A stretch of 32,000 nucleotides of DNA from Canicola haemoglobinophilus (GCF_002015075.1 NZ_MUXZ01000051.1:1-32000), one strand, 5' to 3'; shown: positions 11,014-20,985, numbered from the stretch's first letter. Numbers and translations are program-made. The notes: generated by a model from the letters alone, not told the origin.

Positions 11014-12102
11014 TTAACTATTTTGTGTACAGGTACGAATTGCATCAAGTACATATTCTTTGTCTGTATCAGTTGCAACATAAGCCTGACCAAGTGATTT
11101 TAGTAAGACAAGGCGCAACTTACCAGCAAGCACTTTTTTATCTCGCATCATGTGCGGCAAATAATCTTCAGCGTTCATTGTATCTGGTGAAATTGTAGGT
11201 AAATTAGCTTGCGCCAACAGTTTTTCTAACCTAGCAACATCATTAAAAGATAAGTCGCCTAATTTTTCAGAAAGTACGGCGGCCATCATCATGCCAGCAG
11301 CGACTGCTTCACCATGCAACCATTTACCGTATCCGAGATGAGTTTCGATAGCATGGCCAAAAGTATGCCCTAAATTTAGTAATGCGCGGTCACCTTGTTC
11401 AGTTTCATCACGTGCTACAACATCTGCTTTTATTTGGCAACAACGAGCGATGCATTGCTGTAAATAAGCTTGTTCTAAAGTTACCAAATGATTGATATTT
11501 TGCTCTAGCCATACAAAAAATTCATGATCTAAGATCGCACCATATTTAATAACTTCAGCTAAACCCGCATTAACTTCTCTCTTTGGTAAGCTGTTTAGCG
11601 TTAGTGTATCAATAATGACCGTGCAAGGTTGATAAAATGCACCAATCATATTTTTACCTAATTTGTGGTTTACGGCTGTTTTACCCCCAACAGAAGAGTC
11701 AACTTGAGCAAGTAATGTGGTTGGAATTTGGATAAAACGTACACCACGCTGATAACTTGCAGCAGCATATCCAGCCACATCACCTATTACACCACCACCT
11801 AATGCAATGAGCGTCGTATCTCGCCCATGATTAGCTTGCAAAAGTGCGGTAAAAATTAAGTCTAAAGATTCTAATGTTTTATATTGCTCACCATCGGGAA
11901 GTTGTACGCTTTCAACTAAACAGCCAATTTTTTCTAAAGTTTCTGTCACAGAAGATAAATAATGTTGTGCAATTGTAGGATTAGTCACGATCATCACTTT
12001 ATCGCCTTTTTTAAGGGGATAAACCTGTGTGTCAGACAATAAACCTTCTCCAATATAGATAGGATAACTACGTTCTTTTAAATCTACATTTACGCACAGC
12101 AT
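11014..12102 (-). CDS. aroB: 3-dehydroquinate synthase
   Basis: [34 protein letters not shown]. 362 aa. Confidence 0.97.
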   Translation of the reverse strand: MLCVNVDLKERSYPIYIGEGLLSDTQVYPLKKGDKVMIVTNPTIAQHYLSSVTETLEKIGCLVESVQLPDGEQYKTLESLDLIFTALLQANHGRDTTLIALGGGVIGDVAGYAAASYQRGVRFIQIPTTLLAQVDSSVGGKTAVNHKLGKNMIGAFYQPCTVIIDTLTLNSLPKREVNAGLAEVIKYGAILDHEFFVWLEQNINHLVTLEQAYLQQCIARCCQIKADVVARDETEQGDRALLNLGHTFGHAIETHLGYGKWLHGEAVAAGMMMAAVLSEKLGDLSFNDVARLEKLLAQANLPTISPDTMNAEDYLPHMMRDKKVLAGKLRLVLLKSLGQAYVATDTDKEYVLDAIRTCTQNS

Positions 12103-12123
12103 TTTTATACCTCAAGATGCAAT

Positions 12124-12651
12124 TTAGCTGTTAAGATTATCAATTAAATCAACAATTTGACTTACCATTACTTTAGCGCTTTGATCGTCAGTTGGTAAAA
12201 TAATATCAGCAACTTCTTCATATAAAGGATTACGAACTTTCGCTAAATCTTCTAATACTTGGCGAGGATCTTCCACATTTTGTAGCAAAGGACGTTTTTT
12301 ATCACGTTGTGTACGTTGATATTGTTTCTCAACGGTAGTTTCTAAATAAATAACGATCCCACGGGCTGACAAATAATTACGACTATCTTTTGATACAATT
12401 GCACCACCTCCAGTAGAAAGTACAATACCTTGCTTTTGAGTTAATTCATTAATGATGCGCTCTTCACGTTTACGAAAGCCATCTTCACCTTCAACATCAA
12501 AAATCCAACTAATATCTGCGCCTGCACGTTGTTCAATTTCAGCATCTGTATCAATAAACTCCATGCCTAACATTTGTGCTAACTGACGACCTATTGTACT
12601 TTTGCCTGCCCCCATAGGACCCACTAAAAAAATATTACGTTTTTCTGCCAT
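12124..12651 (-). CDS. aroK: Shikimate kinase I
   Basis: Walker [18 protein letters not shown], 175 aa, upstream of aroB. Confidence 0.97.
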   Translation of the reverse strand: MAEKRNIFLVGPMGAGKSTIGRQLAQMLGMEFIDTDAEIEQRAGADISWIFDVEGEDGFRKREERIINELTQKQGIVLSTGGGAIVSKDSRNYLSARGIVIYLETTVEKQYQRTQRDKKRPLLQNVEDPRQVLEDLAKVRNPLYEEVADIILPTDDQSAKVMVSQIVDLIDNLNS

Positions 12652-12762
12652 TTGTAATTCTTCTTCAAAATAAAATTAAAAAATTGATCTTATAAAAAAA
12701 CAAACGACCTAAAATAAAGAGGTCGTAAAAGATCACCCAAAAATAATTGAGATTATCTCAAT

Positions 12763-12797
12763 AAATGCCCCCTTTTTTCAACCTAAAAGGGGCATTT
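12763..12797 (-). terminator. Hairpin between comE and aroK (possible com-operon terminator)
   Basis: Stem aaatgcccc / ggggcattt with a ~13-nt loop. An exact USS sits at 12814-12822 just upstream on this strand. The T-run is weak, so termination efficiency is uncertain. Confidence 0.4.
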
Positions 12798-12833
12798 ATT
12801 TTGTCATTTCGTTAAGTGCGGTTCATTTTAATA

Positions 12834-13967
12834 CTATTTTAATGGCTTTATAACATCATGATTTTGACCAGCACGAATAATTCTCGGTGTAACAAAAATC
12901 ACTAACTCACGTTTTTGATGTCTTTCACTTTCACGGCTAAAGAGCCTTTTCAAAACAGGAATATCTCCTAGCAAGGGAACTTTATCAACGCCTTTCGTGA
13001 TTGTATCGTGAAACACACCACCTAATACGATAGTTTCACCATCTTGAGCGAAAACTTGAGTATTAATCTCTTGTTTATCAATGGATACCATTTCATTCTG
13101 TCCATAGGTAATTCGACTTCCAGGGGAATTCTGGCTTACCACTAAATCTAATAAGATACTATTTCCTTTTGAAATATGTGGCGTTACTTCCAATCCCAAA
13201 ACTGCCTCTCTAAACTCTACTGATTGCTCATCAAATTTTTTACCTGTAATCACATAAGGAATTTCAGTTCCCTGTTTAATGCTGGCACTTTTCTTGTTTG
13301 TGGTAAGTAAACGTGGGCTAGCAATAATTTCTACATTATTTTCTCTCTCAAGTGCGGTTAGTTCTAGGTCTAAAAGTCGATCGTTAATTTTGGCAATTTG
13401 TAAGGCAATCGAACCTGCAGGCATGGATGCAGTTGCAAAATTGACGTTAAGTTGTTCAGCTAAATTCTGAAAACCATTTGCCGCTAAACTTCCAGAGATG
13501 TGATGGGCTGTATTTGTAGGCTCAAAAATTCCCCAACGAACACCTAATTCTTTTAAATTTTCATCCGAAATTGTCACAATTCTTGCTTCGATAGCGATTT
13601 GCTCAATGGGTTGATCCATTTCTTTAATTAATTTTTTTAAAGCTTCGATTGATTTAGGCTCATCTTGAATTAAAAGCAAGTTACTTCGTTCATCAAAACT
13701 GATTGTCCCGTTTGGCGACAGTAATGAGCCTTGCCCTGAGGTTAAAGACTTCATCACATCAGCGGCTTTGGCGTAGTGTAATTTGATTGATGCCGTGATT
13801 AAATTTGATTTTTTTGTAGAGCTAGGAAAAGTTTCCTCTTCTATCACTGGCATATCTATATCCTCTGTGATTTCCCTTTGCCCTTTGTCAAAAGGATCTC
13901 GAGCAGATAATTCGGTATTTATTGCTGTAAAGAATAAGAAGAAATATAAAATATTTTTAGCTAGCAT
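12834..13967 (-). CDS. comE: Competence secretin ComE (PilQ/HofQ family) with an atypical ComD/HofP-like N-terminus
   Basis: Secretin C-domain motifs (VEIIASPRLLTTNKKSASIKQGTEIPY, IVLGGVF, KVPLLGDIPVLKRLF) and an N1 domain (IKLHYAKAADVMKSL...IEARIV). The N-terminus is a signal peptide followed by RDPFD, as in PilP/HofP/ComD proteins. Start placed at ATG 13967. The ORF track starts at a TTG at 13979. Confidence 0.85.
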   Translation of the reverse strand: MLAKNILYFFLFFTAINTELSARDPFDKGQREITEDIDMPVIEEETFPSSTKKSNLITASIKLHYAKAADVMKSLTSGQGSLLSPNGTISFDERSNLLLIQDEPKSIEALKKLIKEMDQPIEQIAIEARIVTISDENLKELGVRWGIFEPTNTAHHISGSLAANGFQNLAEQLNVNFATASMPAGSIALQIAKINDRLLDLELTALERENNVEIIASPRLLTTNKKSASIKQGTEIPYVITGKKFDEQSVEFREAVLGLEVTPHISKGNSILLDLVVSQNSPGSRITYGQNEMVSIDKQEINTQVFAQDGETIVLGGVFHDTITKGVDKVPLLGDIPVLKRLFSRESERHQKRELVIFVTPRIIRAGQNHDVIKPLK

Positions 13968-13982
13968 AGGCGTTCCCAATAA

Positions 13983-14480
13983 TTAAAGTTGTAAAGATAT
14001 ATCAGCGTCAATGGAAAAATCCTCACTTTCACTTTGAGTAATTTGCAAAGAAATTACACTAAGCGGAACTTGCGGTAAAAGAGCGGTTAAAAATTGCGAT
14101 AAATCGGCAAAATATCCTTTAACTTGGAAAGTCAAAATAGGTTGATTTCCTATTTGCCAATGCGATTGTTCAAAAAATAATTTCCCATTATTCAATTGTT
14201 GTAACTTCTGATTGATTTGAGAAAGAGGATCACTAAAAGCAATATTATTTTGTTGATAACGTTGATTTAAGCTCATCAATATTTGTTTTTGATGTGAAAG
14301 TTGGCTGTTTTTTTCATCCATTTCAATTTGTAATTGAGATACTAATTCCTGTTGTTGAAAATAGCTTAATAAAGGATAGAAAGCGCTAGTGAAGCCAATT
14401 AAGAAGAACACTAATGCTTGCTTTAATGAGGATAATTTTACCCATTTCACAAATATATTCTCAGAATGATGTAAAGACAT
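13983..14480 (-). CDS. comC: Competence protein ComC (PilO/HofO-like)
   Basis: 165 aa with one TM segment (ALVFFLIGFTSAFYPLLSYF) followed by a Q-rich coiled coil. It occupies the third position of the comA-E/hofMNOPQ operon. The call rests on position and architecture only. Confidence 0.6.
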   Translation of the reverse strand: MSLHHSENIFVKWVKLSSLKQALVFFLIGFTSAFYPLLSYFQQQELVSQLQIEMDEKNSQLSHQKQILMSLNQRYQQNNIAFSDPLSQINQKLQQLNNGKLFFEQSHWQIGNQPILTFQVKGYFADLSQFLTALLPQVPLSVISLQITQSESEDFSIDADISLQL

Positions 14481-14483
14481 AAT

Positions 14484-15023
14484 TTATTCCTTTAACTTAT
14501 TTAAACTCAATTCAAGCGCAAAAATAACCGCTCTTTTTTTATCAATCTGCTGTTCTTTAAAGGTAAGTAGTTTTACATTGGAAAATAATTTTTGCTGTTT
14601 TAAGAATTGTTGCAATTGTTCAAATTCATGATGTTGCTCGGTTTCTCCTTGTAGAATTAGCTTGTCAAAATCTAAGGAGAGATCCTTTAGTTCTCCATGT
14701 CGTAAGGGAAGTTGAGAAACTACGGTTAATATGGATAAAAATTGTTCCGTTGGTATTTTCTTTAAGGTTTGTAATTCCGCACTATAATTTTTTTGTAATG
14801 CACTTGTTTGTTGCTTTACTTCTACAAGTTGATGATCAATTTGTTGTATTTGTTCTCTTTTGTGAGCTATTTCGCTTTCAATTTGTTGAGTCAAAAATAG
14901 TATAAAAGCAATGCTGCCTATGCAAAACGTTAGGCTAAGAATGGCTTTATAGATAAAGGATTTTATTTGTTGTTGATAGATTTCTTGTCGCCAAGGTAAC
15001 AAATTAATCGCAAGATGACGCAT
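14484..15023 (-). CDS. comB: Competence protein ComB (PilN/HofN-like)
   Basis: N-terminal INLLPWRQE PilN-type motif, one TM segment and a coiled coil. Its start codon directly abuts the comA stop (TAAATG). Confidence 0.7.
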   Translation of the reverse strand: MRHLAINLLPWRQEIYQQQIKSFIYKAILSLTFCIGSIAFILFLTQQIESEIAHKREQIQQIDHQLVEVKQQTSALQKNYSAELQTLKKIPTEQFLSILTVVSQLPLRHGELKDLSLDFDKLILQGETEQHHEFEQLQQFLKQQKLFSNVKLLTFKEQQIDKKRAVIFALELSLNKLKE

Positions 15024-15812
15024 TTATTGCTCCTTTACTTCTGTTCCTTGGTTATCACACTCTCCCCAAAGTGCATTTCCCAAAGCGATAAAAGGTAGTT
15101 CGGTTTTAATGATATTCCATTCATTATTTGTATATTGTGTGTTATTGCCTTCACAATAACAGTAAACCTGTTGCGGTTGGCAATTAAATCGGTGGCAGAA
15201 TTGTTGATAAAGTGCGGTAAGATTTTTATCTGTTTTTTGTAAAATGAGCGTTTGTTGTCCATTTTCCTGTATTGCGATACTGCCGTTACTATCTTGATAT
15301 AAATATAATGTTTCCATTTTTTCCTGTTTATTGTGGAAATAGCGGAATGCTCGTAGAAGGCTGTTCGTTAAACAATCTAAGATCGTAATTTTGAGAGGGG
15401 AAAATTGGGTAACATAGTCTTTAGCCATTTGCTGTTTAACAACATAAATGCTTAGCTTAGAGCCTTGTGCAGACTCACTATATTGATAGTCATACCAAAT
15501 GTCATCAAACTCTGTTGGTAATTCATTTTCGATAATTAAATGACATTGTTGTTGACACTCTTGCTCATTTAGTTTTTGTGTTAATGCGATTGTTTTGCTC
15601 CATACATATTGATTGGGTAAACAGGTAATCCATTTATGCATACCACTTTTTGATGATTGCTGTGGTAAGTCTGATTGGTTAAAAGGAATATTGGTATTTT
15701 TAATGGTAAAGTGCGGTTGTTTTTGCTCATCGAACCAAAGAAATTGCCATTTTTCACCTTGGCGGTAAGTGCCTATTTGTAAGGTCGTTTTTACTTTTCG
15801 GCGTAATCCCAT
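15024..15812 (-). CDS. comA: Competence protein ComA (PilM/HofM-like)
   Basis: 262 aa, first gene of the operon and divergent from mrcA, exactly as hofM/mrcA in E. coli and comA/ponA in H. influenzae. Assigned mostly by synteny and size. Confidence 0.65.
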   Translation of the reverse strand: MGLRRKVKTTLQIGTYRQGEKWQFLWFDEQKQPHFTIKNTNIPFNQSDLPQQSSKSGMHKWITCLPNQYVWSKTIALTQKLNEQECQQQCHLIIENELPTEFDDIWYDYQYSESAQGSKLSIYVVKQQMAKDYVTQFSPLKITILDCLTNSLLRAFRYFHNKQEKMETLYLYQDSNGSIAIQENGQQTLILQKTDKNLTALYQQFCHRFNCQPQQVYCYCEGNNTQYTNNEWNIIKTELPFIALGNALWGECDNQGTEVKEQ

Positions 15813-15929
15813 TTTGTACTCTCTTTAATAAAATTTACATTTTAAAACTTAGCTTTATTGGCCAAATCCTTTATACTTATGGCACTGATTATCGAGAGAT
15901 TTTTTTCAAAAACATTAAATAAGAGAGAA

Positions 15930-15951
15930 TTTTACGATGAGGATCGCAAAA
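15930..15951. promoter_or_regulatory. Candidate CRP-S (Sxy-dependent CRP) site for the com operon
   Basis: ttttACGAtgaggaTCGCAaaa matches the competence-regulon CRP-S pattern TTTTGCGA-N6-TCGCAAAA at all core positions except one (TACGA instead of TGCGA). The diagnostic C6/G17 are present. A GATAAT -10 candidate on the minus strand (15893-15888) puts the site centre roughly 60 bp upstream of a predicted start. Confidence 0.45.
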
Positions 15952-18474
15952 TTAATATTTAGTACCTTACTAACCTTAATTATTTTAGGTTGTGTTGTCG
16001 TAGGTATTTTTTATATTCAGATCAAAAAAGATCTACCTGGTGTCGATGGCTTAAAAACCGTTGAGTTACAGCAACCAATGCAAATTTATACTGCGGATGG
16101 AAAATTAATTGGTGAAGTGGGGGAGCAACGCCGTATTCCCGTTAAATTGAAAGATATTCCGCCAAAATTAATTGAGGCAGTATTAGCCACAGAAGATAGT
16201 CGTTTTTATGAGCATCATGGGATTGACCCTATTGGTATTGCTCGTGCAGTAAGTGTGGCAATTAGTAAAGGCGGTGCATCTCAAGGCGCAAGTACGATCA
16301 CTCAACAATTGGCACGTAACTTTTTCTTAACGCCCGAAAAAAATCTGATGCGTAAAATTAAAGAGGTGATTTTAGCCATTGAAATTGAGAATACCTTAAC
16401 AAAAGATGAGATTTTAGAGCTTTATTTAAACAAAATTTATTTGGGATATAGAGCTTATGGGGTTGCGGCTGCGGCAAAAACTTATTTTGGCAAAGAGTTA
16501 TCTCAATTAACCTTGTCTGAAATGGCGGTTATTGCGGGCTTACCTAAAGCGCCTTCAACGATGAACCCAATTAGTTCATTAAAACGAGCACAAGATAGGC
16601 GCAATGTGGTTTTAGGGCGTATGCTTGAAATGAATTATATTTCAAAAGATGAATATGATTTGACCATAAAAGAGCCAATTGTTGCTTCTTATCATGGTGC
16701 TCAACTAGAGTTTCGCGCAGATTATGTGAGTGAAATGGTACGTCAAGAAATGGTAAAACGTTTTGGCGAGGAACAGGCTTATACCAAAGGTTACAAAGTA
16801 TTCACAACTATTTTATCTAAAGATCAAGAACAAGCGCAAAAAGCGTTGCGTGATAACCTGATTGCTTATGATATGCGCCATGGTTATCGTGGAGCAACGC
16901 TGTTATGGAAGAAAAATGAAAAAGCTTGGGAAAATGATGTGATTATTGACCATCTAAAATCTTTACCAAACTCTCATCCATTTATTCCAGCAGCTGTTTT
17001 ATCTGTAAGTAAAACGGGGGCTAACTTGTTGTTAGCAAATGGCGACAAGATTGCTTTATCGCATAATGCAATGCGCTGGGCGGGTAAAAAGACACCTAAA
17101 GCGGGCGATCAAATTTGGATAAGACAGCGTAATAATGAATGGGTGTTAGGGCAAATACCAGAAGTTAATTCGGCTTTAGTGTCTCTTAACAGTGATAATG
17201 GTGCTATTGAAGCCTTGGTTGGTGGTTTTAGCTTTGAGCAAAGTAAATTTAATCGAGCGACACAATCTTTGGTGCAAGTGGGTTCATCGATTAAGCCTTT
17301 CATTTATGCGGCGGCATTGGAGAAAGGGCTCACTTTATCTAGCGTTTTACTGGATTCAGAAATTGTTATTCAAAAGCCCGGACAGAAGCCTTGGACGCCA
17401 AAAAACTCGCCAAATCGTTATGATGGACCAACTCGCTTGCGTGTAGGTCTGGGCTTATCAAAAAATATGATTGCTATTCGTGCTATCCAAATGGCTGGTG
17501 TAGATTTTAGTGCGGAGTTTTTACAACGCTTTGGTTTTAAACCAGAGAATATTTTTGCGAGTGAGGCATTGGCTTTAGGGGCAGCATCTTTTACCCCATT
17601 AGAAATGGCAAGAGCCTATGCAGTATTTGATAATGGCGGGTTTTTAGTTGATCCATATTTAATTGAAAAAATTCAAGATAATGCAGGTAATGACTTGTTT
17701 ATCGCTAACCCGAAAATCGCTTGTATTACTTGCCATAATATTCCCGTCATTTATGGTGAAACGGAGAAATTAGACGGTTTTAAAGAAAATACATCTATTT
17801 CAGATAATGCGAATGCCTTAGATATAGGGCTTGAAGAGGAATCTGAAATAGCTGATGTGCCAGAGCTAAATGCTAATAACCAAAAATTAGATGAAAGTGC
17901 GGTCGATTTTATGGCGGAGGCAAAAACTGAAAACTCAACGGAGCAATATGCACCTCGAGTGATCAGTGGTGAGTTGGCTTTCCTTATTCGTAGTGCCTTA
18001 ACCAGCGCAGTATTTGGTGAGCAAGGACTGGATTGGAGAGGCACTAGTTGGCGTATGGCGAGTCAATTTAAACGTCGAGATATTGGAGGGAAAACAGGGA
18101 CCACCAACAACTCTAAAGTCGCTTGGTATGCTGGATTTGGTGCGAATTTAACTACAGCAGTATATGTTGGGTTTGATGATAATAAACGAAATTTAGGTCG
18201 TGGAGAAACAGGGGCAGCAACAGCTATGCCAGCATGGATTTCTTATATGAAATTTAGTTTAAATGACATTCCCGAAAGAAAGCTAGCTTTGCCACCTAAT
18301 ATCTTGGAAAAAAGTATTGATGTGAGATCTGGCTTATTAGCAACTGAAGGAGGAAGATCAGAATACTTTATTAAAGGTACAGAGCCTAAAAGAGCATTTG
18401 TTCCACAAGACCGTGGTTTCTATCTTCCAAACGAAACAGATAAACCAAATTCTGAACAAGAAGAAATTTTCTAA
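15937..18474 (+). CDS. mrcA: Penicillin-binding protein 1A (bifunctional transglycosylase/transpeptidase)
   Basis: N-terminal TM segment, GT51 motifs (EDSRFYEHHGID, GASTITQQ, RKIKE), and transpeptidase SSIKP (SxxK), SKN and KTGTT. 845 aa. Confidence 0.97.
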   Translation: MRIAKLIFSTLLTLIILGCVVVGIFYIQIKKDLPGVDGLKTVELQQPMQIYTADGKLIGEVGEQRRIPVKLKDIPPKLIEAVLATEDSRFYEHHGIDPIGIARAVSVAISKGGASQGASTITQQLARNFFLTPEKNLMRKIKEVILAIEIENTLTKDEILELYLNKIYLGYRAYGVAAAAKTYFGKELSQLTLSEMAVIAGLPKAPSTMNPISSLKRAQDRRNVVLGRMLEMNYISKDEYDLTIKEPIVASYHGAQLEFRADYVSEMVRQEMVKRFGEEQAYTKGYKVFTTILSKDQEQAQKALRDNLIAYDMRHGYRGATLLWKKNEKAWENDVIIDHLKSLPNSHPFIPAAVLSVSKTGANLLLANGDKIALSHNAMRWAGKKTPKAGDQIWIRQRNNEWVLGQIPEVNSALVSLNSDNGAIEALVGGFSFEQSKFNRATQSLVQVGSSIKPFIYAAALEKGLTLSSVLLDSEIVIQKPGQKPWTPKNSPNRYDGPTRLRVGLGLSKNMIAIRAIQMAGVDFSAEFLQRFGFKPENIFASEALALGAASFTPLEMARAYAVFDNGGFLVDPYLIEKIQDNAGNDLFIANPKIACITCHNIPVIYGETEKLDGFKENTSISDNANALDIGLEEESEIADVPELNANNQKLDESAVDFMAEAKTENSTEQYAPRVISGELAFLIRSALTSAVFGEQGLDWRGTSWRMASQFKRRDIGGKTGTTNNSKVAWYAGFGANLTTAVYVGFDDNKRNLGRGETGAATAMPAWISYMKFSLNDIPERKLALPPNILEKSIDVRSGLLATEGGRSEYFIKGTEPKRAFVPQDRGFYLPNETDKPNSEQEEIF

Positions 18475-18479
18475 AACCA

Positions 18480-18511
18480 ACCGCACTTGTTAAAAGTGCG
18501 GTCTATTTTTT
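18480..18511 (+). terminator. mrcA terminator formed by an inverted pair of exact USSs
   Basis: accgcactt (18480-18488) and aagtgcggt (18494-18502) form a 9-bp stem with loop gttaa, followed by ctatttttt. Confidence 0.8.
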
Positions 18512-18534
18512 CGTTATTTTATAAGGTTAAGTTT

Positions 18535-19380
18535 ATGCTAAGTTATCGCCATAGTTTTCATGCAGGTAATCATGCAGATGTTTTGAAACATATTGTACAA
18601 ATGCTGATTATTGAAAACTTACAACTCAAAGAAAAAGGCTTTTATTATTTAGATACACATTCAGGTGTAGGGCGCTACCGCCTATTTAGCGAGGAAGCTG
18701 AAAAAACAGCGGAATACCAAGAAGGAATTGCTCGACTTTGGGATAAGGAAGATCTACCAGAAGAAGTTCAACGCTACGTTTCTTTGGTAAAAAAATTGAA
18801 TTATGGTGGTAAAGAATTACGTTATTACGCTGGCTCGCCTTTCATTGCTGCACAACTTTTGCGCCCACAAGATCGTGCATTATTAACAGAGCTTCACCCA
18901 GCTGACTATCCTTTATTGCGCAATACATTTAAAGAGTTTACGAATATTAGCACTAAGCGAGATAACGGTTTTCAGCAATTAAAAGCGACATTGCCACCGA
19001 AAGAGCGCCGTGGTTTAGTGCTAATTGATCCGCCTTATGAACTAAAAGAAGATTATGATCTTGTGGTTAAGGCAATTGAAGAAGGTTATAAGCGTTTTGC
19101 TACGGGAATTTATGCCATTTGGTATCCTGTTGTTTTGCGCCAACAAACCAAGCGAATTATTAAAGGTTTGGAAAATACGGGGATTCGTAAAATTTTGCAA
19201 ATTGAACTTGCTGTACGCCCAGACTCAGAACAACGAGGGATGACTGCGAGTGGGATGATTGTAATTAATCCGCCTTGGACATTAGAAGAACAAATGAAAA
19301 AAATCTTGCCTTATTTGACCCGCACTTTAGTGCCTGAGGGAACGGGCAGTTGGTCTGTAAAATGGATCACACCTGAATAA
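18535..19380 (+). CDS. rlmJ: 23S rRNA (adenine2030-N6)-methyltransferase RlmJ
   Basis: MLSYRHSFHAGNHADVLKH N-terminus and the IDPPYE catalytic motif. Start moved to ATG 18535, because the ORF-track TTG at 18487 lies inside the upstream terminator. Confidence 0.9.
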   Translation: MLSYRHSFHAGNHADVLKHIVQMLIIENLQLKEKGFYYLDTHSGVGRYRLFSEEAEKTAEYQEGIARLWDKEDLPEEVQRYVSLVKKLNYGGKELRYYAGSPFIAAQLLRPQDRALLTELHPADYPLLRNTFKEFTNISTKRDNGFQQLKATLPPKERRGLVLIDPPYELKEDYDLVVKAIEEGYKRFATGIYAIWYPVVLRQQTKRIIKGLENTGIRKILQIELAVRPDSEQRGMTASGMIVINPPWTLEEQMKKILPYLTRTLVPEGTGSWSVKWITPE

Positions 19381-19462
19381 AAATGATAGGTTAAATTTAT
19401 TTAGCCACATTTTTTATACATGAAAAATTAACAGAATAGACAAATTTAAACAGGAGATAAAA

Positions 19463-20833
19463 ATGACAAAACATTATGATTATATTGCTATCGGTGGTGG
19501 TAGTGGCGGTATTGCGTCAATTAATCGAGCAGCAAGTTATGGAAAAAAATGTGCAATTATTGAAGCAAAACATTTAGGTGGAACTTGTGTAAATGTTGGT
19601 TGTGTGCCGAAAAAAGTCATGTTTTATGGTGCGCAAGTGGCTGAGGCTATTACAAAATATGCACCTGATTACGGCTTTGATGTCACTTTAAATAATTTTA
19701 ATTTCGCAAAATTAGTAGAAAATCGCCAAGCGTATATTGGTCGTATTCATACTTCATACAATAATGTGCTAGCAAGAAATAACGTTGATGTATTGAATGG
19801 CTTTGCTAAATTTGTTGATGCTAAAACTATTGAAGTAAGTTATGCAGATGGCAAAAAAGAGCAGGTTAGCGCTGATCATATTTTAATTGCGACTGGTGGT
19901 CGCCCAAGTCGTCCAACTATTCCAGGTGCAGAATATGGCATCGATTCTGACGGTGTATTTGCTTTAACGGAGTTACCGAAACGCATTGCTGTCGTTGGAG
20001 CCGGCTATATTGCGGTTGAACTTGCTGGTGTAGTGAATAGTTTAGGTGCAGAAACCCATTTATTCGTTCGTCAACAAACCCCAATTCGCAGCTTTGATCC
20101 GTTGATCATTGATACGCTTGTTGAGGTAATGGAACAAGACGGTATTCAATTGCACAAACAGGCTATTCCACAAGAAATTGTCAAAAATGCAGATAATTCA
20201 TTAACGATTAAATTAGAAGATGGTAGAACGCAAAATGTGGATTGCTTAATTTGGGCAATTGGGCGTGAGCCAGCTACTGATGTTATTAATCTAGCCTCAA
20301 CAGGTGTTGTAACTAACGAACGTGGGTTTATTAAGGTAGATAAATATCAAAATACAAATGTTGAAGGCATTTATGCTGTTGGTGATATTATCGAGGGGGG
20401 AATTGAGCTAACTCCAGTGGCTGTTGCAGCAGGGCGTCGTTTATCTGAGCGTTTATTTAATAACAAGCCAAATGAACATTTAGATTACAACTTAGTTCCA
20501 ACGGTCGTATTTAGTCACCCAACCATAGGAACTGTCGGCTTGACTGAGCCTAAAGCAATTGAACAATACGGTGCAGAAAATGTGAAAGTTTATACTTCTT
20601 CTTTTACCCCAATGTATAGTGCGGTAACCTCACATCGCCAACCTTGCCGCATAAAACTTATTTGTGTCGGTAAGGAAGAAAAAATCGTTGGTTTACATGG
20701 TATTGGCTTTGGTGTTGATGAAATGATCCAAGGTTTTGCCGTTGCAATTAAAATGGGCGCAACTAAAGCAGATTTCGATAACACAGTAGCAATCCACCCA
20801 ACAGGTTCAGAAGAATTTGTAACTATGCGCTAA
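19463..20833 (+). CDS. gor: Glutathione-disulfide reductase
   Basis: FAD site GGGSGG, redox-active [14 protein letters not shown]-terminal HPTGSEE. RBS CAGGAGA. Confidence 0.97.
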   Translation: MTKHYDYIAIGGGSGGIASINRAASYGKKCAIIEAKHLGGTCVNVGCVPKKVMFYGAQVAEAITKYAPDYGFDVTLNNFNFAKLVENRQAYIGRIHTSYNNVLARNNVDVLNGFAKFVDAKTIEVSYADGKKEQVSADHILIATGGRPSRPTIPGAEYGIDSDGVFALTELPKRIAVVGAGYIAVELAGVVNSLGAETHLFVRQQTPIRSFDPLIIDTLVEVMEQDGIQLHKQAIPQEIVKNADNSLTIKLEDGRTQNVDCLIWAIGREPATDVINLASTGVVTNERGFIKVDKYQNTNVEGIYAVGDIIEGGIELTPVAVAAGRRLSERLFNNKPNEHLDYNLVPTVVFSHPTIGTVGLTEPKAIEQYGAENVKVYTSSFTPMYSAVTSHRQPCRIKLICVGKEEKIVGLHGIGFGVDEMIQGFAVAIKMGATKADFDNTVAIHPTGSEEFVTMR

Positions 20834-20877
20834 TCGCTTTATTGAGAAAGTGCGGTATAAATTAGATTAATAAAGGA

Positions 20878-20914
20878 AAAGATTGTTTTCAGTAAGAAAA
20901 CAATCTTTTTTGTT
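20878..20914 (+). terminator. Rho-independent terminator of gor
   Basis: A 13-bp stem, aaagattgttttc (20878-20890) / gaaaacaatcttt (20896-20908), with a following T-run. The last exact USS of the window (20848-20856) lies just upstream. Confidence 0.75.
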
Positions 20915-20955
20915 TGAATTTCAAAACTTGTCTAATGATGTTAGCTTTGAAAAGG

Positions 20956-20985
20956 AAAGGCTGTTTCCTGATGAAAACAGCCTTT
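20956..20985. terminator. Second hairpin in the junction region, with T-runs on both strands
   Basis: An 11-bp stem, aaaggctgttt (20956-20966) / aaacagccttt (20975-20985), flanked by T-rich runs on both strands. It could end minus-strand transcription leaving the island or belong to a disrupted host locus. Confidence 0.4.

Noticed and set aside
13279-13986. Plus-strand ORFs 13279-13470 and 13783-13986
   Set aside because: They are antisense to the secretin gene and are shadow ORFs.
15035-15262. 75-aa minus-strand ORF overlapping comA in another frame
   Set aside because: It is nested in comA with no RBS and no recognisable motif.
17109-18044. ORFs 17109-17303, 17192-17446 and 17751-18044
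   Set aside because: They are nested in or antisense to mrcA.
18487-18534. TTG-initiated 16-codon extension of rlmJ
   Set aside because: It starts inside the USS-pair terminator of mrcA. The conserved RlmJ N-terminus MLSYRHSFHAGN starts at ATG 18535.
19055-20784. ORFs 19055-19243 and 20590-20784
   Set aside because: They are out-of-frame or antisense inside rlmJ and gor.
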